A stretch of DNA of 63,984 bases, counting the filler, from Octopus bimaculoides (lineage: Eukaryota): assembly GCF_001194135.2 (NCBI RefSeq). It is 7 parts of 7 records of this genome, joined end to end, with 100 filler letters (N's around TTAATTAATTAA, not from the genome) between each part and the next. Parts side by side here need not be neighbours in the genome. Positions count along the whole stretch, not along the records: positions 1 to 23,129 come from NC_068984.1; positions 23,230 to 34,345 come from NC_069004.1; 5 more parts are not named here. The stretch is one strand, 5' to 3'. The notes under the pieces were generated by a model that had not been told where the DNA came from, searched no databases, and saw only the letters and a program-made list of their open reading frames with translations. This document shows, piece by piece, positions 12,481 through 25,959 of this stretch. Made by a program: the position numbers and the translations under genes. The number at the start of each line of letters is the position of its first letter. Positions within the stretch are counted from its first letter, which is position 1.

Positions 12481-13524
12481 GCACTTTTGATTTCATCTGT
12501 TCTGTATTTATTAACTCCAGGCATTTTAAAATAGTTAAGCTGCTTAAGATTAAAACACAGTTTGTCTTTGCAATTGAAAGGTGTCATTTGTCTTAACAAG
12601 CCGGCACAATCAACGAACGAATTTGTTTTAAACAATCTAGATATGAAAACATGCGAGAGATAACTCCTTGAAAACTGTTATTTATTTAAGTATGCGTCAA
12701 AGTCGTCGGTTAGACCTACGTTGGCCATAATCGAACAAGACGAGCTTTCCAGTTGTAACCATCTCATTTTTTATTTTTAAACTACATTATATAATGGCAG
12801 GGTAGATTTTAAAGAATTTGATTGCTATTTGTCAGTTCTCGGAAGGTCTAAGAGAGTCATAAGCAACAGTCCTTTCTTTCTGTCAAATTAGAAAAAATAT
12901 ATTCAAGCAATATTGTATAGGTTCCCAGGCTGGTTTGTTTTAGGATATATAGGAAAGAATGGCTGGGTAATGTGTTTAGTTTTAACATAGATTACACATT
13001 AGAATTGAAAATTTAGTTGACGTGTAAGAAAATCCTAGCATTTTAAACTACTATAATACCAAGAAGTAGTTTTATTACATTTTCAAAAGACTGTGTCTAC
13101 GATAGAACACAAACCTATTAATCATATTTTATGTGTTATGCTTTAATTCGAAGCTGAATATATTACATTTGGAAGATTAGTGAAGCGAATATTTTGTTAC
13201 AAGCATCACATTGTATGACGCAAAACAATGTAGTTAGTTTATGATAATATAATAATGATATAACCAGAAGTTTCAGAATCAGTAGGGAAAGATGATTACA
13301 TAGAATCGGAGAAATCTTATTACATACAGGGGAAAATATACAATCTGCATGTTATACAAGTTGAATATACATACGTATACCTTGTATGCACAAACATATA
13401 TGTATATATATCTTGCATATTGTACGAGATATCTTTGTGATTAAAGATGCTTATTGTAAATTATGTTATTTATGCTACTTGAGATAAACAATATTAGAAT
13501 GAGATTAGCAACGACAACAACAAC

Positions 13525-13595
<71 letters not shown>

Positions 13596-13596
13596 C
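13525..13596. repeat. (GTA)n trinucleotide microsatellite
   Basis: Direct inspection. Confidence 0.97.
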
Positions 13597-13890
13597 AACA
13601 GCAGCAGCAACAGCAGATTTTATCATATACTGTTGCTCTGCTCCATTATAGTGAGAAAGATGTTCCTTCGGATTACAACTGATTCGTTTGGCTCAAGCAA
13701 CATAAAATGCAATTTTTTAATAACCTATAATAGATATATTTTATTAAGTAGGGAGACTACTAATTTAAAATGTAGATTGTCGTAATGAAAATAAAAGGTG
13801 TCAATTTGAAAAAACGAAGAGGTTTGCCTCCATTTTGGGATCACGCCCTCTATCAAGAAAGAGAATAGAGTTCGTTCTGTTTCAGATTAA

Positions 13891-13932
13891 ATATACCTGT
13901 AAGTATATATCTGTAAGTATATATCTGTAAGT
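13891..13932 (+). repeat. Three tandem copies of a 14-bp unit (atatatctgtaagt), each containing GTAAGT
   Basis: atatacctgtaagt atatatctgtaagt atatatctgtaagt. Confidence 0.9.
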
Positions 13933-14049
13933 TTGGATACTCAGAACTCTTCCTTTTCTCCTTTAATAAAAAGCCTGAACCTTTGCTTACTACATTTATA
14001 TAAGCTTCTACTCTTCTTCTTGGATTATTTGATGACACAAACTTTTCCA

Positions 14050-15196
14050 TTGATGAAGAAGCTTTCATCCTGTTGCACACAAAGGTTATCAACAACAAAT
14101 ATAACGTCATCATCAGTGCGGGAGTGGTTCCCAGCCAAGTGGGGTTTTTTTGCTTTTTTTTTTTTGTTTTGTTTTTTCATGTTGGAAACAAATTATAGTC
14201 AGATGGGGCCAAAGCAGGAGAATAGGGAGGATGATCAACGAGTTCAAAGCTAGAGTCACGCACACCAGCCATTGAAACCAGGGACTTGTGTGCTGGAGCA
14301 TTGTCCTGATGAAACAAGACCCACTTTCATCAGTTTGGTCTTGACAACATTTCGTAACTGCCTCCGCAAGTTTGCCTAGTACTCTCAACTGATGGTGTGG
14401 CCCTTTTGAAGATAGTCAATAAGCTCAATGCTTTTTGCATCCCATAAAACTGAGACCATCACCTTCCCAGCAGATGGAACGACCTTGGCCTTGTTTGGAG
14501 CAGGTGAGGAGGGATATTTCCACTGCATGGATTGTCTCTTTGTCTCTGGATCAGATTGATGAACCCAATACTCATCCTGGCTTAGGAAACGTTCAAAGTT
14601 TCCTAAGTTGGATCTACCTCAAACAATGTCAGATTTTCCCCGTGATGTGATCAGCCTGATGCGCTTTTGATCAGGTGTCAGATGTAGCACTCACTGAGAA
14701 GAAATCTTCGTCGTGGCAACTTCATTATACTGAATATTCTCAACTCTCTCACGGGATATGCTAATAGCATTGGATATTTGATTTATAGTAGTCGCCTGTC
14801 ATCCATCAGTATATGGTGAAAACGATCAACGTTTTCCTTGGTAGTGGCAGTTGCAGAACATCCAAACTCTCCCTTCTCCTCCTAAATTCAGCTACCCGCT
14901 TTTGTTGATAAAGCTGGAGCGTCATCATCTAACGTAGTAACCATGTCAACTTGAATGTTCTTGAGAGCTAAACCCCTTTTCTACAGGTACTTGATAATAC
15001 CACGATGCTGAATTTTATCGATGTTCAAGAGAAGTCGCTACTTGTTACTTTTGAAGCCTTCTTTGAACAATTAGAGGTGAGTTTACCTGGAAAGAAACAG
15101 AGAAGTTGAAGGGTTGAAATAGAAGCATACATGATTTCACAGCTCTAACATCACGTCTTCATAGTCGGCCTATGAAATTTTTAGCCCAGTCTTGTA
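14050..15196 (-). mobile_element. Mariner DNA transposon, decayed, 3' end truncated
   Basis: Minus-strand transposase pieces (HLAGNHSRTDDDVI..QQDESFFING); TIR-like tacaagactgggctaaaaatttcataggccgac at the right end; colinear with 60576-61800. Confidence 0.88.
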
Positions 15197-16121
15197 TCAC
15201 CCAACATTATCCAATGTAAAGTTCCTTTTTATTTAATAACAGAAGGTTAGGATTTCAAAAAAGTTTGGCTGCTGTTTCAAGCAGGTCAAGTAAAGTCTCT
15301 CTCATTCATATAGATGCGGTTATAGAGATGTTAGAAAAAAAAATGAAGACTGCAGTAACGTATCTGGTTGGGTGGCTAAGGTGAACTTATAAGATAGTGG
15401 AGACAATGAGGGACACAGATGCAATGAGTAAGGCAACATCAATGGATGACGTTTTAGTAATCATAGATGAGTCATCAAGAGCATACAAACTGTTGGTAGT
15501 AAAGTGATTTAATGCAAGGATTGTGCCAGTTTACATTGTGCATTATGAAGGAGAAAGGGAACATATAGGTCCATCCTTTTTTAACTGAAGCGAAGTAAAT
15601 CAGCCTTGCAGAAAATGGAAATTTTTTTCGCTAACTCGACCTATAGATACTTTATTTCTCCCAATCATTGGGTCGGTTTTCACGAAAAGCACAGTTGCCC
15701 ATCGTTTCCTACCCTGTTATAAGATTTACATTGTGTTCCAAACAAGGTTAATAAACTATCAAAGGCACAGTTCATGTAGCAGTAATATTGAAGTACAATT
15801 CACTGCTGCAAGTCATAGAAGCACAGCTTAAACTATGTCAGTGCATCAATGAATATTTCGTCTTTATGAAGAGTATTTAGAGTAAATCAGTTTGGTGAAA
15901 GCCACCCTTCTCCAGGTTATTCTCATATAAATAGCTAAATTTACTACTGCAAGCTAAGATAACACTCACCAATTTTCCAAGGCTACCACTATTTACACGA
16001 GATAGTTGTTCTTATCTCATGGTACACATTTACAGCGAGATTGGCCGAGTCTTAAGAGATCTAAATATCTCGGATGCAGTGTTTGAAACTGTTTACGAAT
16101 TGCCAATATTTCGGCTAGTTT

Positions 16122-16325
16122 AAAGTGGCGAGCTGGCAGAATCGTTACCGTGCCGAGCAAGATGCTTAGTAGCACTTCGTCCGTCTCTACGTTCTGAGTT
16201 CAATTTCTACCGAGGTCGACTTTGTCTTTCATCGATAAAATAAGTACCAGTTGGACACTGGGATCGAAGTAATCGACTTATCCACTCTCCGAAATTGCTG
16301 GCCTTGTGCCAAAATTTGAAATCAG
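16122..16325 (+). mobile_element. SINE family A with a 15-bp target-site duplication
   Basis: Flanked by tatttcggctagttt at 16107-16121 and 16326-16340. Confidence 0.93.
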
Positions 16326-16797
16326 TATTTCGGCTAGTTTCCTAGCATCTCTTTTTTTTTTAACTTTACCTTGTAATACACAATGACTTTGTTTCTGGTG
16401 AGGTTTTCCTTCTCATATTTTACCAATATTTATCGAGTATTCTTATCGACTCAGCCTTCTTATCGATTCTTTATCTGATTTGCACTTAGCTCACTTCAAT
16501 CCAAATAGAAAGTAACGAGCCTAAAAGGGAGCCTCTAAATGGTCTTTCGACCTGCTAGAAACAATGGCCAAATCTTCTAGAAATAAGGACACATTAGGTA
16601 ATGTAGTTCTACATAATCTTAAAAATACGCGATGGTCATGACTGGAATACTTTTTAGCATAGGTTTGCTCGATAAGAGCTTACCTAAGGTTAAACAACAA
16701 CTTTCCAGCAACGGTGATGAATAAAAAAAAGATTTTTTTTTCTTTTTTTCGATTTGACCAACCCATTTACTAAGTTGTCTCACGTGTTCTTTTTCAG

Positions 16798-16870
16798 AAT
16801 GACATTGGAACTAAACTCCAGTCTCTGATGATGATAAGTCCACAAAAATACATTGACATTTACCTGATTG
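16798..16870 (+). CDS. Candidate exon E3 (NDIGTKLQSLMMISPQKYIDIYLI-G)
   Basis: Branch-like tactaag, acceptor gtgttctttttcag, donor TTG|gtgaat; 73 nt, only one frame open, phase 0 to 1. Confidence 0.5.
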
Positions 16871-17689
16871 GTGAATAGTGTCCATTTTTATTGAAATGGT
16901 GTTTCTTTTATATTCTTATCTGAGAATTTGAAAGGTTTTTCATCTTGTCTCAAGAAGATAAACGTGAGCTGGAGAAGATGAGTGTGTGTGTGTGCGTGTA
17001 TAGGTGTGTTCTTATTATATCATCTCCACCAGAAATACTTTTTCTTCTTCAAATCATTATCGTTGGTGATGGTGATGGTGATGGTGATGGTGATGGTGGT
17101 GCTGAACTGAATATCTAGTGACGGTTTTTTAAGCTTTGTGTTCAAATCATACCAAAGTCGACATTAGTTTCCATTCTTCCAAAGTCGGTTAAATAAGTGT
17201 ATTAAGTACTTTTGCCGATTTTATTCACTGTACTCCGCTTCCAAACTATGTGGTCATGTACCAAAATTAGAAATTTACAGCAGTAGGGGTTGAATGAAAT
17301 AGTGGTCAGTTTTGGCGTTGAGTATCCCATTTGTTAGGTCAACTGAATTACCGACTCATTATATTGACTGACAGCAAATAAATGAGTAGTCCTTAGACTT
17401 TTAGCGTAATTCCTCAAGTTATGACAATTGAATTAAGATTTTAGACTTAGTCCGTCTTACGATGAACGGTTCTCATCTACTAAATTTCGATCATAAGCTT
17501 GAATAATCCCAAGACTATGAAAGCATCTTGCCAAGAGTTTCATAATTGAGAAACAATCCTCTCAACCATTCGACTTTGCCTTTGCCATAAGTAACTATAT
17601 ATTCCTCAGATACTCGTATCATTATTGTAACACCGAATCAATAAGACACTGCGTATTAAAGTTGGGCCCTCGAATAGTATGTACGGCCC

Positions 17690-17830
17690 ATCAGACGGGT
17701 TTCTGCGCAGTAAACGGCTACCCAATTTCACTAAGAAGATTTTGGTCAACCCAAGATGGCAGAATATACCTAAAGTATTGCATACTGAAGTAGATCTGGA
17801 ACTTTATAATTATGAATTTCATCGGAGCGT
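17690..17830 (-). mobile_element. Degenerate SINE family B 5' part
   Basis: gacgggtttct..ctacccaatttcact..ttttggtcaacccaag resembles family B in reverse. Confidence 0.5.
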
Positions 17831-19917
17831 TTCAACCGGTCCCTTCGAGATTTGGACTATTTAAATAAATGAGATGTCAAACGCTCAACCGAAGAGTTCG
17901 AAATTTTTATCCCCCATCACAAGACTTTGTCCATTCTAGACAAAGTTCATTGATTTTCATAGTTCACCTATAAATTAATATGAAGTCATAATGTTTCGTC
18001 TTGTAGTAGGCTTGTCATTTTTCTCTAATTTGACAAAATGACTCGAGCTTCTGAACATTTAAACAGTTGATTGGTTAATTAATTAATTAACTGTTAAATT
18101 AGGCCTGTGTGAATTTGTATATATTATAGCAAACTGTGGACACATAGACAATGGAGAGAATACAATGAAAAAATGGGGGAAAAAGAAGCGCTATATCATT
18201 ACATAGAAATACACTTGATTAGATATTTTATTCTAAAACGTCATTTCCAGTATATTTCTAAGGAATTGATTAATAGGCAGCAGTACCTTTCCTTGCAGTA
18301 AATTTTACCCGGACATTAATCGATATTTCGCTGGAGTTGGGAAGAAATATCGGAAGGTGGGGTGGATAACCAATTTATATGTGTTCAATATCGGTTTCAG
18401 AAGTATCATTCTTTATTTGATGCGACGAACCATTAGCTGTATAAATTAATGTTCTCCCGAAGGTGTTTTTGTTTCTCTGTAGAAATAAGGGGACTATTTT
18501 TTTTCCAAGCGTTACCCCGTGTTTACATATTTATCAGTAAAATATTGCTGTTATGAATAAAACTCTTTTTAATAGTTTTTTTTTGTTTGTTTTGTCAGTT
18601 TTAACCATTACTTGAAACTATTAGCAATCATCACTTGCTTTTTAATGCAGTAAATTGTATCAATAAAATAAATATCCAATCAATATATCGAGTTTGAAGA
18701 CAAAATATTTTGTCGGGTGTTATGATTACAGCCAGTAGATGGCGTTGTTGTTATTGCTGTTGTTCACTTCAAGTCAACCCTAATTGAGCCGACTTATGAT
18801 CAAATACGTTTTGTCAGTGATCATCCTGTAATTTTTCAGACGTACTTTATCAAATGTAGCCTTTTATTATCATCATTATTTTAATTTTCATACAGTAAGT
18901 GTAATTTAGGGAAGACTTCGCTACTTTTCATAGTTCAGTAACACTTTTCCATGACGGGGATCGACTCCAGACTGTTTAGCTGATATCTTAATTGCGATGT
19001 CATATCTCGTCGATTCATACTGCATGAAAAGTATGTTAAATGAAGTCAAGTAACCTGCAAGCGACAGTCAAAAATAGAATATAGGAGAGCCACAGTAAAT
19101 GTCACTGTCACATCGTAATTTTAAATAATAAAGAGCAAATGTAGGCAAATATCAAAACATCACAGAATCAATAGCAAGTCTATGAGATATTTCAAGTTAA
19201 ATGCGTGTTTACTTCATGAATTCTTGGTTGTTAAAACGGTGTATACACAAACAGAAAGGCAGTCTCTTTATTCAATATACGTAGCTGCACATACAAACAC
19301 AAATACATTGAAAGACAATTATATAGTTGTATATGAAACAGACACACACATATATATGCATTGGTAACGTCTATGCATCGATGTATGTGTATATGTATAT
19401 GTATATACACATACATGCACATAAGCGGAGAGAAAGCTGCTGTAACGCATCTCACTCTGACATTAGTAGTTCAAAAGTTGAATGAATTAGTTTGCCGTGA
19501 AAAAGCGGAGACAATTACGTTTCGGCCATTATTATTTCTAATAGTATCGAATAGATATATTGCAGGTAGTAAGAGAAAAGAGAATTAAATAAATTAAAGA
19601 TCTTCAGAGTTGTCTTCCCTTCATTTCTTGTTCTGAATTTATAATCACTCTAATTTATCTTAATTTATAAAAAAAAAAATCTTGATAAAAAATATCTTGA
19701 TCTTCCGGTTTGGTAGAGTGTGTCCCTTGGTATTATTCCAAGCCCTAAGTTATCATGCTGCTTAGTGTTTATAAATAAATATATGTGAGTGGTTGAGTGT
19801 TGACTTTGTGTGTGTGCGCGCTCATACACACACAAACACCCGTCCGCGCGCGCGCACACACACACACAAACAAACACTTCGCTGAGAAGGTGTAATAAGA
19901 CTGAACTATATTCTATA

Positions 19918-20105
19918 TATCAGACAATACTACTCTGCAAATGACATAGTTTGGTGCATCTAAGAAGATAAACATGAATTTACGACGACGTCAAAGTTCA
20001 AGGGCAAGTCTATGACCTCATTGGTTCCCTGTAACCCACAAATGAACAACCACAGTTCCTCCAACTTTACTTTATGAGTGATGTAGGACAACAAACCCGA
20101 GGAGG
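19918..20105 (+). mobile_element. Helitron RepHel N-terminal region relic
   Basis: IRQYYSA / QMT*FGA / KVQGQVYDLIGSL*PTNEQPQFLQLYFMSD matches the Helitron motif IRQYNSAFQMTSFGA..FKVQGQVYH.IGSLLP...PKFLQIYF, with stops and frameshifts. Confidence 0.75.
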
Positions 20106-20239
20106 TGTCAACATTTCAGGTGATGGCTCGTGTTAGACACAGCGCCGACTGCTGCAAAAGAGAGTATATCCACTGACAGCTTCTCGGTGCGTTCAAAAAT
20201 CACAGACAGACAGAACAGATTTTATATATTAAGATATAT

Positions 20240-20430
20240 ATGTATTATTTTGAAACGCGGAGTAGATAAAACAGGGGACAACTGATGAAGGAAATGTTCT
20301 TTATGTTGCCTGTCTCGTTTCTCTATTTGTTTCTTTCGTTGTTCAAAAAAAGTTCGTTTTCCATGCTTTTGTTTTTTATATTCTCGTTTCTCATTTTGTT
20401 CACATTTTTTATGTCCTGTACCCATAGATG
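20240..20430 (+). repeat. Interspersed repeat family H (possibly Penelope-derived)
   Basis: acaactgatgaagg..tttctttcgttgttcaaaaaaagttcg..tgtcctgtaccca; an opposite-orientation copy lies at about 54200-54400. Confidence 0.6.
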
Positions 20431-20521
20431 CATGTATATATACACATATATGTAGGCATGTACATGTTTGTGTGTATATATGCATACATATATATTATTT
20501 ATGTTATTATATATATGTGTG

Positions 20522-20570
<49 letters not shown>

Positions 20571-20689
20571 ATATANNNNNNNNNNTATATATATATATAT
20601 ATGTATGTATGTATATATATATGTATGTATGTATGTATATCTATATATGTATGTACGTATATATTTGCATGTATGTATATATATGCATG

Positions 20690-20727
<38 letters not shown>

Positions 20728-20800
20728 TGCATATATGTATATATGTATGTTTGTATATGCATGCATATGTATGCAAGCATATGTGTATGCATATGTGTAC
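20430..20800. repeat. Compound (TA)/(TATG) microsatellite
   Basis: Direct inspection. Confidence 0.95.
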
Positions 20801-21329
20801 GCATGCGCTTTATAATCTCTAATAAACTTTGAAATATTTCCTATTTTTACTTTGTTATACGCTGGACAACTAAAAACAATAAACATAATAGAAGTCTTAG
20901 ACCATTGCCTAATCAACCAGCTTCGTTTTGTTTAGAGCATCTATTCTTTAAATTGAATGCAATCAAAAAGTAAATTGAATGTAATCAAAAAATATTTGAC
21001 TTCATTAATTTCTAAAACCCATTATTCATTACTTCCTAGCAATAAAATCTATTTTCGACCATTTTAAATATCATTAAGTTATTCATTTTTTTAACGCGGA
21101 CGATATTTATCGAACACAAAATAAATTTATTCTTTATTTAAAAATAAAAATGCTGATGGTACTCTTGAGAGTGTGATTAATATATCTAAAGAATTATTTG
21201 TTCTAATCATCAATATAAAATTCAATCCAACATAGGGAACCTTTATTTTATTCGTACGGTCTCTTAATAACTTTTGTTCAAATCCCACCCAACTGCCTTC
21301 GAAAAGAATGGCACCATCAGATAACATTG

Positions 21330-21700
21330 TTCTAGGCACCCATCAAAAGCTAAAGTGAAACCCACAATGGAATGTTGCTACGGTGCTGCGGCTGCCCATA
21401 TAAACATCATAGACCGCATCCAAATTAAGGTCACTCAACTTACGATCCGGGAATCGAATTCACAACTTCATGCTCATTTTGCCTAAGCATTACTATTTCC
21501 GCAGCCTCTGTTCTTCTGAATTTGCAAGCCGTATGTATGCCTGCCGTAAATACTCGCAACAGAATGAACTCCGCTAAAAGCATGTAATGTTTAAACGATT
21601 TAAGCCAAAAGTTGACTTTATTTTTCATGCTTTTGAAGTTCTATCGCTTTGCCTCGCGATATCAATGCCGTGTCTCTCTTCTGCTCTAAATACGATGCCC
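21330..21700 (+). mobile_element. Decayed CR1/L2-group LINE 3' fragment
   Basis: KAKVKPTMECC..GAAAAHINIIDRIQ resembles the YKA.VRP.MEYC..W.GA....L..LDR.Q region after the RT domain. Confidence 0.45.
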
Positions 21701-22765
21701 ATTGCACGACCTTTTAGAGCAGTAATTCTCGACAGTTTTTTTTTTTAGGTCTGTATACCCCTATTATACTTAACTGCACTCCCATAGTCATTCTAATGGC
21801 AGAATTTGGAGAGCAGTAATACACCCATTTGAAAGGATTCCAATAAATTACTAAGGGAGCTTCACGAGCCATTGAAGGGGCATCTCTGCGGTCGTTCGGC
21901 CAGCTAGAAATAGCAAACAAATTGCAATCAATTGTACACTACAGTCTTTTAAAATACAGGACAAACAGGACAATGTAGACCACTTTAAAATTTCACTTTG
22001 AGTGGTACAAGAACTCACATTTCAGAGCGCTAAGACAAAATGCTATAAGGAACTAGAACCGGCGTTAAGATTATGGAGTTAATATTGTTAAAGTTTCATT
22101 TTGACAAAGCTCATTTATTTTTACTTTTCTGTGGGAGGATGAAACATAAAAGAATAAATGATTATCAGTGAATTGCTGGCAGTTCAAAACTATAAAAGAC
22201 AAATCAACTTTTGACTTCAAAAATATAAAAGATAAAATCAGCTTTTGACTGCGAATTCAGAGCAGTCTTAACATGTCACTCGATTTTGAAACCATTATCC
22301 AGTACCATGAATGTCTTTAGAGGAGTCCATTCAGTTGCGAGAATTCAAAACAAGCTTCGGGTTTAAAGATAACGCTTCCCACAATCTCACAGGTGTTACA
22401 GGCCCTGTAGCGGGTAATGAGCACTGCCTTCCCTTCTAACTAAGAGATAAAATATAGGCGAAAAACTATATAATACATATTTTGGCCCTCTGCATCATTA
22501 GCTATGTCCTTAACGATTAATAATGAAGCAACACGCCACGGCTGTACCTGTGGAAATTCGATAATTATTTACACTTATACAAAAATTTTTATTACTCCCA
22601 TTGCCGCCTCAAAAACAAACCTTCACGCATAATAGCTTACATATGCATTGTTTAATTTGTGTGTGTGTGTGTTTGTGTGTGTGCGTGTGCATGTGTGTGT
22701 GTGCATGTCTGTGTGTATGTATATGTGCATGTGTGTATGTTTTCATCTATCTATCTATCTATCTA

Positions 22766-22830
<65 letters not shown>

Positions 22831-23129
22831 TCTCACGTACAAAACAGACGTATAATTATTTTTCTATTTATGTGCCTTTACAAGACACGACAAATAGCCA
22901 TTTGTTTAGAACCCAATATATTTAATTACTGTCTAATACATTTACTCACCATGGGTGTGATTTTAATTAACTAAAATTCCTTACCTAACTGCAGTAAGTT
23001 ACAACCGGCTTTAGTGTTAAAACATTAATCGCTTTTTTGTTCTGTTTTATATACACACAGACACACAGACACACACACACGCACATATATATATATATAT
23101 ACATATATACATATATATATACATATATA

Positions 23130-23229
23130 NNNNNNNNNNNNNNNNNNNNNNNNNNNNNNNNNNNNNNNNNNNNTTAATTAATTAANNNNNNNNNNNNNNN
23201 NNNNNNNNNNNNNNNNNNNNNNNNNNNNN
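23130..23229. other. Assembly join pad N44-TTAATTAATTAA-N44
   Basis: Exact 44+12+44 structure, repeated six times in the window. Confidence 0.95.
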
Positions 23230-23880
23230 GCCAGTACTCATCGCGCAAAAGATATGAAAACCTTCCTTTCTGAAAGAAGAATTGACCACATAATGATTCC
23301 CACAGAAATGATTTCATATCTACAAACATTAATTCTTGTAAAATAAAAAAGCCCTTCAAGGATTATTTGCGGATGGAAGTGAATGAATATATCGAACATA
23401 GAATGGAGAGAAATTAGCGTGGAAACTTTGTCAAACGCAACCTCTAAATAGTCGTGAAATGGGTGAAGAATTCATGAAATAAAATTACCAACAATTGCTT
23501 TGCCAATGCACTACGAGGAGGGTACTTGGACAAAAAGTGTTCATTTAAGGAAAGTTATATTGCCAAACATGAGAGATTGAGGTCCATGATTCTACAGGAA
23601 ATGGTTTTGCAAGAAATTCAGTCTGAAGTTCAGGATTTCGATGATTTATGTTCCAGAAGAGGATGAAATGTTTGTACTTGACGAAAAACAATAAACAAAT
23701 AAACTTTGGGAAATAAAAACATGGGTTTCCTTTTTTTTACAATTTTTTCCTTTTACACGAGGACATGAGACTTTTTTGCCTTTCTTGGATTTTTCCGCAA
23801 AAATATAAGACATCCCCCGAAAATAAGCCTTAGTGCATTTTTGGATGCAAAATTAACATTTTCGGTGAAATACGATATAA
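23230..23880 (+). mobile_element. pogo/Tc2-like DDE transposon, 3' portion with right TIR
   Basis: ASTHRAKDMKTFLSERRIDHIMIP..KPFKDYLRMEVNEYIEHRMERN..VVKWVKNS..GGYLDKKCSF; ends ccccgaaaataagcc..ttttcggtgaaatacg. Confidence 0.75.
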
Positions 23881-24738
23881 ACGTTTCAGTATTTCTAGAA
23901 GTACGTTTTTTTTTTACTATTTAGTGACTAATTTACAGTGTTAGTTCAGTTTCGATTCTACCTGATTGCAAATAATCAAATTTGTTAGCCATACAAGATT
24001 TGTATTTTTGTCTCTTATGGAGTGAGTAGGGAGTGGTTAAGAACTATGAATTTCAGAGGTGTATAGTTTGAGAAGAGGTGAGTGTTACATTTCGTTTGAC
24101 TAAGCTGTGATTTAATAGGCTCTGATCCCCTTTTTGCCTAGCCGCAATGCTTCGACTTTCCGCATAACTGTAGTAGGAATATTTGGCAGAGTCCCCAAAC
24201 ACCAACTCGCTGCCTAGGAATGGAATTCGAATCAGTGTCTTCAGACGTAAATATGATTAAATTACATAAAAGAGGTTTGTCAAGGATTGATAACATCAAC
24301 GAACAACTGACCACTCAAATCTCTGGTTGAAACATTAAGAACTTTTTAACAATACCTGGGCCGACCAACAGATGCTTAACTCATTAGAATCTCAATGCTT
24401 TAAACAACACATGAGAAGATATGTCTACTTAATTCCAGTTTCCTAGAAGAAAATATAGCTTTCAAATGCTCATGCCAGTAGACTAATCATCTAAAGGTTG
24501 TATAGCCTTGACCACTAATCGTTTACTTATCCGAATGCTAAGGGGAAATTTACATAATCCGTTTAACTGACCGAGTATAAATTGCGCGCGTGTGTATACT
24601 TGTGCATGCTTGTGTTTGTGCATGTGTTAGCGCGTGTGTGTGCGTGTGTAGAATTTTATGCAAATTTTCTTATAAAATGAAGACATATTTCAGTCAATGA
24701 ATCCCTTTAAATACAGTTTACCATAAGTGATTATCTAT

Positions 24739-24770
<32 letters not shown>

Positions 24771-24775
24771 GCACG

Positions 24776-24851
<76 letters not shown>

Positions 24852-24904
24852 CACATACATTACATACATACATACATACAGATAGACAGACAGACAGACA
24901 GCTA

Positions 24905-25369
24905 CAGGTGTGATTGTGTGGTAAGAAGTTTGCTTCCTTTCTTTATGTTTGTCTGTCCTTGTTTGTCCCCTCTGTGTAACGCCTTTAATGGCGAATTTCA
25001 TGAAATAAAGAAGTTTGCTTCCTAACCACGTGTTTCTAGGTTCAGTCCCACTGCGTGGCACCTTGGGTAGGTGTCCTCTACTATAGCCTCGGGATGACCA
25101 AAACCTTGCGAGTGTATTTAGTTGACGGAAACTGAAAGAAGTCCGTCGCATATACGTATCCATCTATGTGCGTGCTTTTGTGTTTGCCCCCACCTCCCAC
25201 CGCTTGACAACCGGTGCTAGTGTGTTTTCGTCCCCGCAACGTAGCGATCTGACAAAAGACCGATAGGATAACTAGCAGGCTTTAAAAAATAAGTTCTGGG
25301 ATCAGTTCATTCAACAAAACATTCTTCAAGGCAGTGCCCCAGCATGGCTGCAGTCTAATGACTGAAACA

Positions 25370-25373
<4 letters not shown>
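24905..25373 (+). mobile_element. SINE family B with an insertion in its tRNA-like head
   Basis: ggttcagtcccactgcgtggcaccttgg..cgcttgacaaccgg..cagcatggctgcagtctaatgactgaaacaagtaa. Confidence 0.88.
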
Positions 25374-25405
<32 letters not shown>

Positions 25406-25959
25406 ACATTTGTATGTATCTATTCTTCCCGAGGGTCAAACTAATACACCTGCTTGTTGTTCCTTCACCTGTCTTCGTCTTTTGTTTTCTGTAAATTCGA
25501 ATTATATATATATGGATGTGTGTGTGTGTGTGTGGATGTGTGTGTGTGTGTGTGTATGGATGTGTGTGTGTGTGTGTATATACACGGCTATTGAATAAGA
25601 AACACGTGTCCATGACTGTTCTTCAGTTAAGAAGTCCGTTCTNNNNNNNNNNNNNNNNNNNNNNNNNNNNNNNNNNNNNNNNNNNNNNNNNNNNNNNNNN
25701 NNNNNNNNNNNNNNNNNNNNNNNNNNNNNNNNNNNNNNNNNNNNNNNNNNNNNNNNNNNNNNNNNNNNNNNNNNNNNNNNNNGTGTCATTATTCAATTTT
25801 ATTTCAAGGTTTCCTGCCAATAGAGAAAGAGCCAGTTTCTAACCTAGATCCAAGGCTCCTTCATTGGAATTTCAACATCAACAGGATATTTTTGTATGTA
25901 TGTATGTATTTCTATAGCTGTCTATCTGTCTGTCTGTCTGTATGTATGTATGTATGTAT

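Noticed and set aside
22495-22565. Weak resemblance to the Helitron helicase C-terminus (LAMSLTINN..HG)
   Set aside because: The match is too degenerate to support a call.
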